Source: the human T2T-CHM13v2.0 reference genome, Homo sapiens
Reading direction: 5' to 3' (one strand)
Length of the DNA stretch: 64,000 bases
Assembly (NCBI RefSeq): GCF_009914755.1
Contig: NC_060928.1
The notes under the pieces are model-generated. The model did not search any database, was not told where the DNA came from, and saw only the letters and a program-made list of their open reading frames with translations. This document shows, piece after piece, positions 1 to 13,403 of this stretch (within the stretch, counting starts at the first letter, position 1; every line of letters begins with the position of its first letter). A program made the translations under genes and the position numbers.

Positions 1-1576
1 ATACAGAATCCGATCCCTGAATAAACCCAGACTCTCTAATTCCACCATTAGAGGAGTATTGATTTGGTTTATTGAGAGTTTAATCCACCCTGTTCCAGTG
101 ACTGGTAGACCAGAGACTAGTAGGATCCTTAAAGTCAGGAATGTGTCTTTTTCATGTAGATTGTTGTATTTGGGTGAATGCATGAATAAATGAACAAATA
201 AATGAGACATCAACACACAACCATGGCTAGACAATCATCCTAAGGAAAAGAACCTGACTCCAAAACGTTTTATGGAGATCATACGTGATGTTCAGTGAGA
301 AAAAAATTACAACACCTTAAGAAAGGTAATTTCAATCGATCCTCCTAGTTATCTCTAATTGTTCATGTATTTTCCGCATTTTGATTTTGAATAATAATTC
401 AAATAATCACTGAAGTTGAGCATTTATTAGTTCTTACTTGTCAGCCATGTTTCATTTCTTTTAAGCCTTTCATAACTAAAGAATTTTGTCTGTTTGTCAA
501 CAGGTTTTGTTCTGGGGTGAGCGTTTTGTACCTTGCCACAGATATATACCAAATACAGCCAGTCTCATCTAAAGAAAATTTCCTCCAAAGGCCTATTTAA
601 TTCTTCATTGTCATGATTTGTAAAAGTTTACTAAAAGAAAAAAAAAACAACTTTAAAACCTGTGCTGCCGGGCTGGGTCACATATTACAAGGACTTTAAA
701 TTTGGCCCCAGAAAATGCATGCATGACCAGCACAGGGTGAGGAGTAGCCCGGTGAATTCATTTGTTCACTCACTAGAGCGAGCTCATCTGCTTCCCCTCA
801 CCTGAGGCCTTCATGACCAACAAGGCCTATGGCAGAGTGGTTCTACTCCAGGAAAAACTGTTCTAGTGCTTATGAGGAAGATCCAGCTGGAGCAATGAGA
901 ATGCGGTCCATTTCACTAATTATATTTTCCCAAACTGACAGAAAGTGATGGGCAGTGGATTTGAGATATCTACCAGGGAAAACCTAATGGAAAGCCATTT
1001 TAAAATATTACAGGAAGGCTTCTGAAAATCCTGGGCTAATACTGAGGTAGTGAAGAGGGAAGAAAATTCAGAACACTGGGGAAAAAAAGCGTATTGAATC
1101 AGCAGCAATAACAGCATACCTACACGAATTAATCATGGTTCAAAGCAGAAATCACTGGCTCCCACTCTGCAGTTAAAAGGAAAAGTTGGGAAAATGAAAG
1201 TGAAAAAAAAAAAGAGGTATATGTTTATAATTGGTGTGTTATAATATGCCTACTTCCACCACAAGGTTAAAGTAGAAGCTGGCATGTTTTAAATCAACTG
1301 CCCATTTCAAGGGGTCTTTGGGCTTCTAAGACCACGACATTTTGAGAAGGAGGAGCCTAAAAGATAGAAAATTGTATCTCTGCCAAGAGAGGTTTTCCCC
1401 AAATCACCAGGATCTGCCTCAGAACCATCAGCCTTCTCCAGCAATATATGGTGATAATAAAAATCAACCCAGATGTTTAGTTTAATCTAGGCACTTTCTT
1501 AAATAGAAAGAAAACAATCAGGATTTTTCAAATCTTTATTTACAGAATAAAATCTGTGAGCATAGCATGTGGTTGT

Positions 1577-1702
1577 AGAAAAGGAGGAGAAGGGGAAGAA
1601 GGAGTGGAAGAGGAAGAAGAAGAGGAAGGGGAGAAAGCAGGAGGTGAAGGAGGAGAAGGAGAAAGAAGGAGAGGGAGAAAGAAGAAGAAAGAACAAGAAG
1701 AA
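1577..1702 (+). repeat. GA-rich polypurine low-complexity tract
   Basis: About 125 bp of almost only G and A (GAA/GGA units). Confidence 0.9.
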
Positions 1703-2172
1703 TTAGAAAAGGAATGTACTTAGTAATCAAGAGAGGCTGCATAAACACTATTTACTACTTCTTAAGGTGTATATAACAAATCACTGGTGCCTCATTTTTT
1801 CCATTACTGGAAGGGAAAAAATAAAAGCTCTATAATGAATTGGTTAGCCCAGCTTGTTCATAACCTCAATTATCTCAGCTATTCTGAGATTCATATAAAC
1901 ATCATGTGATGTTGCAATTCCTCACCACCTGGCTAACATTTCAGGAGTCTTTTGGTGCTTGTGAATTAGACTGCCTATCAGCTGAATAGAATATGTTTAA
2001 CCTGTGTCCAAGGAAAGGTTTCTTCCCCCGCTCTGTAATAAGTGCTGAATTCTCTTTCCACAGAGTGACGCTGATGGGACGGAAGCAAGAAGTTGGTGTG
2101 TTCTCAGACTTTGCATGTGCTTTCTTTGCTTCCAGTGCCCTCACCAACAGCTCGTTTTGGTCCCCAGCCTAC

Positions 2173-2377
2173 CTTGTAAGTGTTGTGACTGCGACTGTGT
2201 GTGGGACTTCTTTTTGGAGGTGCATTTGTCTCTGCTGCTGTTTCTGTTCTCTGTGGGTTTGGTGTGAGGAGGGTCATCGTTTGTGGTCAGATATTTGAGA
2301 AGCTCCGAGCAGGGACGTCTTTGTGGCTTTTGCTGTTGACAAATACTCTTCGCTTTATTGCTCCATGAATTCTCAGT
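2173..2377 (-). CDS. PPARGC1A: PGC-1alpha exon 5 (aa 185-252, TENSWSNKAKSICQQQKPQRRPCSELLKYL...QSQHLQ plus 1 nt), contains the L3 motif LLKYL
   Basis: 205 nt. Acceptor is ttgtttttAAG; donor is CAAG|GTAGGC (phase 1). Later exons lie left of the window. Confidence 0.98.
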
Positions 2378-3235
2378 CTTAAAAACAAGGCATAAAGAAA
2401 GCTAAAATTAGTGAACTGAACCTTATCAGAATGGATATAGGTTTTCTGGAGAGATGGGATTTTTCAATGAAGTGTTCAGTCTAAGTGTACTAGATCTATG
2501 AGCTGTGAATAACTGTTTGCAGAACAAGGAAAGAAAATTACATTTAAAATTCCTAAATGACATTTATGCAGCTTTTTATTTTATTTCTCCTACATTTCAA
2601 TGTTCCTACTCAGCAACATGTAACTAACAAGACCCTACAGCGCCTTTATTGTGAATAAAAAAAATCGGCTGGCTTAAACCTTAATTTGCCACTGATTGCT
2701 GACGCCCAGTACTCACAACTCTCTTAAGTACCCCTTAATGCTCCGTTTTCACTCACAGTGAATAGCAAGACAAACATTGTTTAATACAGCCCACTAGCTG
2801 AATTATGGCATTGCCAGCATTCCATCCAATTAATGGCAGAGATAGATGTTTTGTGGTGATTCCAAAAGCAATCTTTCTCAGGTTAGACAGCTAGCAAAAC
2901 AGCAATTCTGCATCTTAAAGCCACTCATAGATAATACCAGCTTATCAGCAAATTTTACCGTGGCCCACAATGCTGCAGGTAACAATAAAGTGGGCAAGAA
3001 CTAACAGACAGTGGCACTTCCATTCCAAACACCCAAAGACGATGCGTAAATGAACTCTGCCTAGTTTAAAGTAGCTCAAGCGCTGTTTACGGAATCCCAT
3101 TCATAATCTATTTCATCATTATGAGGCAGCTTCGGGGTCCCAGCTGAATTAATACCTACAAACTTATTTGTTTTACTGCTTCAAGCCAAAATCCTTTGGT
3201 ACATCCCCCCTGTATTAAAAAATTTACATTTGTAC

Positions 3236-3358
3236 CTTAACAATTGCAGGGTTTGTTCTGATCCTGTGATTGTGATTTGCATGGTTCTGGGTACTGAGAC
3301 CACTGCATTCATTATAACTTAGCTGAGTGTTGGCTGGTGCCAGTAAGAGCTTCTTAAG
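3236..3358 (-). CDS. PPARGC1A: PGC-1alpha exon 4 (aa 144-184, LKKLLLAPANTQLSYNECSGLSTQNHANHNHRIRTNPAIVK), contains the L2 LXXLL nuclear-receptor box
   Basis: 123 nt in frame. Acceptor is gtttcTAG; donor is AAG|GTACAA. Confidence 0.98.
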
Positions 3359-4729
3359 CTAGAAACATTATCAGGGAAAGGGAAAAGCAAGTAAAGTTAT
3401 GCATCTTTTAAGCATTGGAATAAGTTATTGAAATTTTAAATGTAATTTATTATAATTATAAAAGTTAATTCTATCATTTTATTTATGTCACACCTTAGCG
3501 CAATAGTGCTACAGGAAATATGATATTTAAAGAGTAGAAAAAAGTTTGGCATTACACTACCAACTATGAAAATATTTCCTTTCCTTCCAATTCAATTTCT
3601 AGAATCGTATGCATAAGAACAAAAATGCAAATGTGCCAATTATTATACAAGAAATAATAGTGAAAAGTAGAAGGAAAATCTCAAAATTTCCAGCCATAAG
3701 GGATTACTGCATAAATTGGACTTGGTGTTGTCTACATATTTTTTTTGAACAAATAAAGCAAAAAACATCTTTCTAAAATAATTTCCAAATCACTACTAGG
3801 TGAGAAAAGCTGCCTTGCTAAATGAAGACATGGGAGTGGAGTGTGGGGGGTGGGGGAGAATAGATACACATTTTCTTTCTAAAAATCCAAATAAGTCAAG
3901 TGGCAACAAATGAAAGATTTTGTGATGCTTTGAACCGTGTTTCATAACCTGGTGTATGAAATTACTGATTCAAAGAATGTTTGGATAAAAGAATGACTAT
4001 CACTGATTTTAGAAAAGAAAAAAAGGATTTGTAAGTAGAGTCCTGGCCTGTGGATCAGGAGATGTGGGTTCTGACACAGGCAAAGTATTTGCTGTCTCCT
4101 GACCTCTGTTTCTTCATTTCACTGGATGACCCTCAAGGACTTCCCTGTTCTGACATACAGTATGTCTCTGAGTCAACTGCTCTTCCCAAATGAACAAATT
4201 GAATAGATGAAAACAATCTGATATCAATGGAAAGAAATCAGGGTACTAGGGAGCAAAGCCAATGACACTAACAAATGGAGAAATTGGAGAATAAATAACA
4301 ATTACTTATGAGATATTCTCCATATGAGAAACCTCAAAATCCAATGGACTCAAAGTAGGGCCTCCATATATTTGCATAGAGTATTTTTAACATTCAAAAA
4401 CTTAGTGATAGGAGAGTAACAACCTCTAAATGGCATGCCAAACACGATATTAGAGTCTGGAGGATCATGGCATCCCATAATTTACACAGCATGTCCTTAT
4501 GTCTGATTTTTAGCAAATGACAAATGGCTATCATAGATGAGAAGGTAAACTGTGTCTTAGAACTAATAAAACTCTGGTCAAGCACTGCATTGAACAGAAA
4601 ATTCTCTCTTCATTTCCAACAAATTCAGTCTTCATTGTCTACCATAAATTTAAGTAACTTGGGTGGCAAACGTGCTATAGTTTTTCAATCTTCATAAGAA
4701 ATATGGATCCAAAGTCTTAAAACATTGCA

Positions 4730-5070
4730 CATTCGTTGATCTACCAATTCTTTCTAGGATTGTATGTATAAGAATAAAAATGCTAATATGTTAATTATTA
4801 TACAATTTGAAATAGTGAAAAATAGAAGAAAAAACTAAATATCCACCCATAAAAGATTGCAAAATAAATTAGAATATTTCCATACAATAAAATACTATGC
4901 AACCATTAAAAATTATGCATGTATTTAAATTTGAACCCATATGCTCATGATATATCTTGAAAGGATATTGCAATCATTTTTATATGAGAGGTTATTTGAA
5001 ATCACAGGTGAAATTTTTAGTCTTTTCCTTTTAGTTGCCAACATTTTCTAAGTTTTCATCATGAACATAA
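4730..5070 (+). mobile_element. Old L1M (L1ME-type) 3' fragment
   Basis: aatagtgaaaaatagaag...aaatatcca...catacaataaaatactatgcaaccattaaaaat resembles ancient L1 3' consensus. Boundaries approximate. Confidence 0.6.
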
Positions 5071-5329
5071 ATAACACTAAGATAGAAAAATACACACACA
5101 TAACAGCAAAAGATAGTAAAAAAAACTGCAATAAGACTACACGAAGACGTGTATTATCAACACTTTTAAACAGAGAATCACACAATTTGCAACTCTGAGT
5201 GTGCTTGGGGATTGCTTTGGCATCATTCTAAATGAAAAAATCCAAACCTTATTGTGACTACATCATACCCATGCAGCGGGTAGCCAGAGGCAACTCCAAT
5301 TCCTGCTAAACAGTAGGAAGGGTTCTTAC

Positions 5330-5524
5330 TAGAGACGGCTCTTCTGCCTCCTGGGGTGGAGGGGTGCCGTCAGGCATGGAGGAAGGACTAGCCTCATTGT
5401 CAGTGGTCACGTCTCCATCTGTCAGCGCATCAAATGAGGGCAATCCGTCTTCATCCACAGGGAGACTGTCTAGTGTCTCTGTGAGGACTGCTAGCAAGTT
5501 TGCCTCATTCTCTTCATCTATCTT
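5330..5524 (-). CDS. PPARGC1A: PGC-1alpha exon 3 (aa 79-143, KIDEENEANLLAVL...EEPSL), contains the L1 motif LLAVL and Met128
   Basis: 195 nt, matching the core of ORF 5306..5650. Acceptor is tttttctctttctgCAG; donor is CTA|GTAAGA. Confidence 0.98.
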
Positions 5525-6307
5525 CTGCAGAAAGAGAAAAAAACAGAAGATGTGAGTTGACCCTGGGAGGCAGGTAACACTATGCATCAACATGTTTGAC
5601 CAAATGAGTGAACCATACGTGAAATCTAGAATGCCCATTCCAGAACACAAAGATCATGTCTTTCTCAAACTCCAAATTCATGTTTTGGTCCAAATGACAC
5701 AATTAATGAATACCTCTACTCTACTAATCTCTGATGGTTGAGCTGCCTAATTTATCGATTTGTTATGTCAGTGCTAAAACTGCTGTATGCAATTCTTCTT
5801 GGTTACAGAAGTGTTTTCCACTTGCTCATGTTTTCTTTCTTTCCCTGAGTAAAAGAAAAGATTTAGAGAATCTTGGACCTTGAGAGAATTTTAACCATCA
5901 ATTTCATTTTCAGATATAGTGTTTGAATCTCCTATACAGCATACCCCCCAAACTGTCTAGACAGCTCTTTATTTGAACAACACCAGAAAGTGGAACTATA
6001 CTGAAAGCAACTATACACTTTCATGGTTTCAATTATAATCTCATCACTGAACACTCCAAAATCATTTATTTATTTTGCTCCCTGACATCTCTCCCAACTT
6101 TAGTCATAAATCTCGAACTGCCTACTGGACACTTCTACTTCATAATAGCTCCCTCATCCCCAAAACCCAAACTCTATACCTTTCACAACAAAACTGCTAT
6201 TTCTTTTGACTTCTTTAGTTTGGGTAACAATTCTTCATACCCAAACTCTGGACGTATTTTTACTCTTCTTTCTGTGATCAGTCACTGAATAAAGTCTTAC
6301 TTTGTAA

Positions 6308-6682
<375 letters not shown>

Positions 6683-6774
6683 CCAGTGCACTATTATTTC
6701 TAATAGTGGCTCCTGCAAATATATTCTACCTTGTTTTTGATTCATTCCCACCAACACACTCATAGAAAGCTAAT

Positions 6775-6960
6775 CTTCAATCATTCACTTAACAAACATT
6801 TTTGAACATCTACTCTGTGCCAGGGACATCTGAAGTGTGGGAGATACAAAAAGAAACAAGACAAAATCTGTCCCTCTAATAACACTACTGTGGAAGGGAA
6901 GAACCTGTAAACAATTCATTATAAAATATAATATTTATTTCAGTACTCTGTAAAAAATGT
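6775..6960 (-). mobile_element. L2 3' end fragment
   Basis: tcattcacttaacaaacatttttgaacatctactctgtgccagg is the reverse complement of the L2 tail. Confidence 0.65.
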
Positions 6961-7648
6961 TCAAGGACTTCCAAACATGTACCTTGTTAACAAGGCAGTG
7001 TGTGATATTCTATGCACGTGGACAACCAGTACCAACACTGGGCACATGGCATAGCTAATCAATGATTACTTGCTAAATAATTCATTGATCTGCATTTATT
7101 GCCAACAATATCTTCTGGACCATTTTCTTTTCCTTCTTTTAGCACTTCACATTGTTTGTTCAATCTGACCTGCTTCCAAAATCTTCTTTTGAAAGTTCTG
7201 TATGCTATGACATTAACAATATGGGCTAAATTATCCCACACAGATTTTATTATAAAATGCACCTAGCTGCTGACATCTAATGAAGCTAGCAGTACCCACA
7301 CTTCCTTTCTCTCTAGCACTGAACTCCAGTTAATTGACCTGACAAAATTACAAGAATCACAGAATAAGATAGCTAATCAGAAAATCAAATTGTATTACTA
7401 GAGAAATTAGGCAGGCCTTTATCACGTATACATTCTATTTTCACATAAAAATTGTTTTCCTTAATTCCTGATCACCCTCCATCCAGCAGTAAAACTAAGG
7501 ACTTCTTTTGGATTCAAGAGGCCAAAAAGAGCCATTTGTACTCCCCAGGGACTTTAATTGACGTTTTTTAATTTGCATAATGCATCCCTCTCACGTCCCT
7601 GGATTTGAGTTTGGGTGCAACATGGTGTGTCTGAAGTTTAAAACTTTA

Positions 7649-8303
<655 letters not shown>

Positions 8304-9238
8304 CTAATCAGAAGGGGTAACTGTTAACTTCAAAATGGTGCCACCTACTTCCATAAACTGACCAATTGTAAAAATCCAAATTGCACAAGTCAATAACTGA
8401 AGCTTATTGAATACCCTCAGGCCCTCAGGTAGATTCTTCAATCTACCTTCTTTCAATATGCCTTTGAAAGGACCCTGTATATGTAATTCTAATATTAAAT
8501 AGGCTGAAATGATATTCCTTATTTTCTGCCCAGGATCATAATCTGGTATCCAAAGATTTCAATAACTCCCTTCTTTGATTCCCCCACATACAAAAATTAA
8601 ATTGAGGTTATTTAACTGTTCTGAATACAATTATATTTAAATGAAATACATGTATTTAAAAAATCATCTCAAAGTCATGAGATTTACACCATTATAACTA
8701 TCTCCATATTATCTAATAATTTTAGAAAATACATCAAATACACATGCACACACAGACACATATACACACTTTCAGTAAATTGGGCATTTTTCCAAGTATT
8801 CCGTTTTTCAAAAAGGCTTATTTCATTGATGTTCAAAAACAGTTCAAGAAAAAGAGTTAAGAATATTTACCAATAAATGGATAATTTTGTTTACTATGAT
8901 GTAAATTTTGTGTTTGGCTTTCCAGCAATACTACAAGCCGTTATTTGCTTTCAATCACATAATACAATGGCGCCTTAGCTCTATCCCTAGTGTAAACAAA
9001 CTATGATAATTCCAATCAAGTTAAAACGACAAAGAACACTTAAATCAACCAGTTTTCTCCAATTTCTTTAATAAGTCTGGGAGAATGTATAACAAATACA
9101 ATGGCAAAAATATTGGAGCTTGATAATGTCATAATTAATTTATAAGATCTGATTAAACCACCAACTATTTTAATTCCCCTCTCTACTGGAAACACAATGA
9201 GAGGGAGGATTTGTAAGATGGGAGATTAGCATGGCGGC

Positions 9239-9239
<1 letters not shown>

Positions 9240-9280
<41 letters not shown>
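9240..9280 (+). repeat. (TG)20 microsatellite
   Basis: Uninterrupted TG run. Confidence 0.97.
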
Positions 9281-9281
<1 letters not shown>

Positions 9282-12200
9282 GGAGTATGTGGGTAGTAAG
9301 GGCTACTATTCAACCAGTATCTACCATAGGGCTGTAATGATTATTTACGGTCTGTATCCATTACAAATGATTATTCGATATTATTGTTATCTCTGTATGT
9401 GGGTGACTCACAGAGGTGCTCCAAGACCATTTATTTTAGTAAATTTTTTAGTGAATTAAGGAAGGAAAAAGTTATTGTTTCAAATTGTCTGTGTTTTCTT
9501 TAATCATAGAAAACTGGGAAGAAAACTTGCTATTTGCTGATGACACTTTGTGTTTATATAATGTTGAGTGGATATTGCCCCTCACTGTGGCAATTTCAAT
9601 TAGTTTAGCATGAGTTTCAACAATCAAACACCCCGGAGAAGGCAATGGATGTGACAAAGAGGACTCTGTTAAACAATTAATGTCACTTCCCATTATTGCT
9701 TTGGTCCCAATTTACAGAGCAAATAAATCAAAGTCACCGCAGATGAAGCACACTGGCCTACTCACACATGTCTGTTCACAGGTGACAGGGTATAGAAACA
9801 CATTAGTCACTGCACTGACATTGCAAGATAACCTTTCAAAGACTCGGCTCTGATACTGCTTTCTAATTGTTTGAAAATACTATTTTACAAAAAATATATG
9901 TCTTAGCTCCATCCGAGTTGGGGAAAAAAGAAAAGAAAATGCAGAGTAGGGAGGAAGAAAGAGCAGGTCACCAATTAGACAGTGATCTACAGCTGCACAA
10001 ACTAAGCTCAGCCTTGGAGCTGGCAGCAGAGGCGGAAGGAAAGGTAGAAAACAGGCCAACGGGCATTTCCACAGTTGAGCTCTGTGGCTATCAAACAGCA
10101 TTTCCCATGGTGGGTGTCAACCTTGGGTTCTCCTTACACAATGCAATTCTTCCGACCTAAATAAAGGTCTGTGTGACTGTAACACCTTATTCTCTAAGGG
10201 CGCTCTAGGAAGAAAGAAGGCACATCAACAAAAACTCACTCATGGTGTAAAGAATTTCCAGTGACAGATGATACACATGCATTTATACTAACAACCCAAA
10301 ATTTAGAATCTGCAACAATTCCTAAGTGTTACCGTGTCGTTAATAAATGATAGTTTAGAACAGTCAACAAAATGAGAAGGTTTATCTCTGCTCTTTGGGA
10401 CAGCTGAGTCCCTCTATGACCTGTACTAGTCTGACATCATTTAAAAGGCATAGTTGAAAGAAGATAGGTTCTGGCCCTTCAGGTAGCCAGGGGCACCTCT
10501 ACATTAAAATTCTGAACCCAGTTTGTAATATTTGGGTCTTCTTCCTTTGTGCACAGTTGGCAAAAGGATCTTCCAACTGGTTATACATGGTGTGGCAGAC
10601 AGTGCATTCAACTCACCCAACTGCACACAGAGGGTCAATAAATCCACTAAATTAAGGAGGAGAGGAGGGACTCTGAGATGCTAACTGCCACCTGAAGGGA
10701 GAAATGCAGAGTGAATACTGCATGCGGTATCCCAAAGACTTCTAAATGCGAGCTATTATGAAAGGACCATGCCCTGCTTATGTTAGTAATTTTTTCTGGA
10801 TCCTGTAGGATTGCAATTACACTCTGTGTCCCCAGATTCTCACACTCGCTTGATCTCTGTTTGATAAAAATAGTTTAATAGCCATTTAATCACAGCTTCA
10901 TTATCTTGGCTCTCTTAATGTGAATTAGGCCAGAAGAATTCTCGCTTCCTCATTATTCAAATCATCAATAAGAAGGAAACAGTGGGGTCTTCTTATCATT
11001 CATTAATCAGTTTCAGTATCTTAGGTACTGTGTACTTAGAGATCAATCTGTGTGAGAGGTGACTTAACCTCTCTGAGCCTCTAATTTTTTTTCTGTACAA
11101 AATTTAATGTGATTATTTGCCTAATTCCTATTACGGAATTTTTTTGCACTCATGATTAATAGAAAAAAAAAAAAAGAGTTGACAAAGGCCTGAGAATTCT
11201 TCAAGAAGGTGTTCATAAACATTTCCAGTGTATATTCCCATCAACTTGATTATCTGTGTTTGAATTTTGTTCTTTGAACAGGATCTACCACAGACGTTTA
11301 GCACTGGGCCAACTCCCCCCAAATACCCAGCATGCCCCAGGCTTCCTCCTTGCCCCATCCTGCTGACTTGGAAACAGCTAATGAAGACAAAATTAACTCC
11401 TACTTTAAGTGAGGCCTAATTAGGAAAGGAAATCTGCTAGAGTAACATCTGGTAATGTATTCCAAAGCCAAATATAAATGACATTCTTGGATTATCCACT
11501 ACTTTGGATTATTGGTTCCGCTAGGCCCCACCAGGACTTCAAATAACTACATGGGAAAGCAACTTTTATAATAGATTCAGGAGTTCAAATAAGAAATACA
11601 GTGGGTCAGAGGTGTGTCTCTTTCTTGAATCTCCATAGATAAAACCTTGTACCTGTTTCATGCATGGATCAGCAAAAAATATTTGCAGAAATGTACAGAT
11701 TTTGGTTCTGATGCATAAAGTTTGATTCAATATTTATAAGAAAGTAAAGTCAAAATTTAAAGAAAACTAAGTTTTTTTCCTGCAATAAAATTTAAAAATA
11801 ACAATCCAGAGTTGACTACTGGAATAGGATTTGAGGTTTTTAGCTTTTTTCTTTAACCCATTCTAATCAGAACAGACACCACTTCACTGCATGTGTCTAC
11901 TTAAAGTGCTCTGAGCCTTTGCTTATAGGTTGTTAAGTATTTTGAATACCCACATTCAAACAATTGATTTTTTTTCCCTCTTCGTTATCTTTCTCCTCTA
12001 AAATCTCTGCAATCCACTGTGGGTTTTGTTTTTGCTTCTTTTATACCCAAGTGTGGGCACTGACAGTATATCTGTGCCCCTTTCTCACACACCCAACCAA
12101 AAGTGGGCGGACTCCCACATGTAATGACTGAGAGGTTCCTAGCTCCTACCTCACTCAAAGGAGGAGTCCTTAAAATAACCCAATTACTTTTTGTTTGTCA

Positions 12201-13403
12201 TATGAAATACAGGGCTGAGAATAAGGTATGGGCACTGGACGGTGGGGAAAAAGAAAAGAAATCTCAAGCATATGTGTGCAATAAAAAAATCAAGACAATA
12301 AATACCACCTTACATTTCGTAACACATTATAAAATGCTTTTTGTCCACTCATTTCTTACATATGCCCTGAGAGTTAGCTTATTCTTATTTTATTCCCATG
12401 AGAGATAAGCACATTATATGACAATCTATTTTGCCCTGTTGGATGCCAAATTTGCTGGAATTTGTGGGCCGGTAGAAATAACATAAATTTTAATTTCACT
12501 GTCTGAGTAACTCCCCATGGGCATACAGGCTACTTGAAATACCACGTGTGTAAATATGTCTGTCCATATCACACCCACAAGTTTATATCTCAAGCACACA
12601 TATTTAAAACAGAATCTAATGCACATATATATCTCAATGCCTTGAGTGCATTCTCTGATATTCAATTGTAGTTGACTATAAAAAAATGTATAATCTGTAC
12701 ATACATTGCTCCTCTCAGCCACTCTAACTGAGGAAAGCAACGATCAAAAACCAGGGCTAATTCCTGTAAAAATAAAATAAGAATCAAGTGGAAATAAAAT
12801 ATAAACAAAATTGAAGAATTCACAGACATAATTAGACCCATGGGAATCCATTTAATTCCAATTAATACACATATTCCTATTTAAACAGGCATAAAACATA
12901 TATTCACATCTGTACTTAGACTCCATCCTTATTGATTTGCTTCTATCACACATTCATGAGTTAATAAATATGTACTGTACACGTGAAATTCAGTATTCTG
13001 TAGAGGTTATAAGAGCCAGAAGTATAAATACAGAAGTTCAACAGAAAGTCCTAAAAATTCCTGGTTAATATATGCAAAATGAGCTATTTCAGGAGAAAGG
13101 GGAAAAAGGTTCGGGGAGGTTGTGGGGGTCATGCCTATTTCTCACAATGGGAAGAGGAAGGAACTGAGTTGTGCCATCAAACTGGAGACTTAATAGGCCT
13201 GAAAAGAGCGAGCAAGGCATTCTATTTGTTCTCAAGTTTAAACTGAAAGAGAAACTGGGCACTGTGGGAAGAAGTCCAGACTGGAAGTCAGGAGAATTAA
13301 TCCTAGATCCATTTCCACCACCAGCTAGCTACATGTCCTCAAGTGAAACAACTCAACTCTCTGGCTGCATTGCATAGTCTCGAATGAAAATCCCATAGGT
13401 TTC

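Noticed and set aside
1993-2298. 101-aa Cys-rich plus ORF
   Set aside because: Antisense shadow of exon 5 and the start of intron 5, with no independent support.
5306-5650. 114-aa minus ORF as a standalone gene
   Set aside because: It is exon 3 plus in-frame intron flanks; clear splice sites bound the real coding part.
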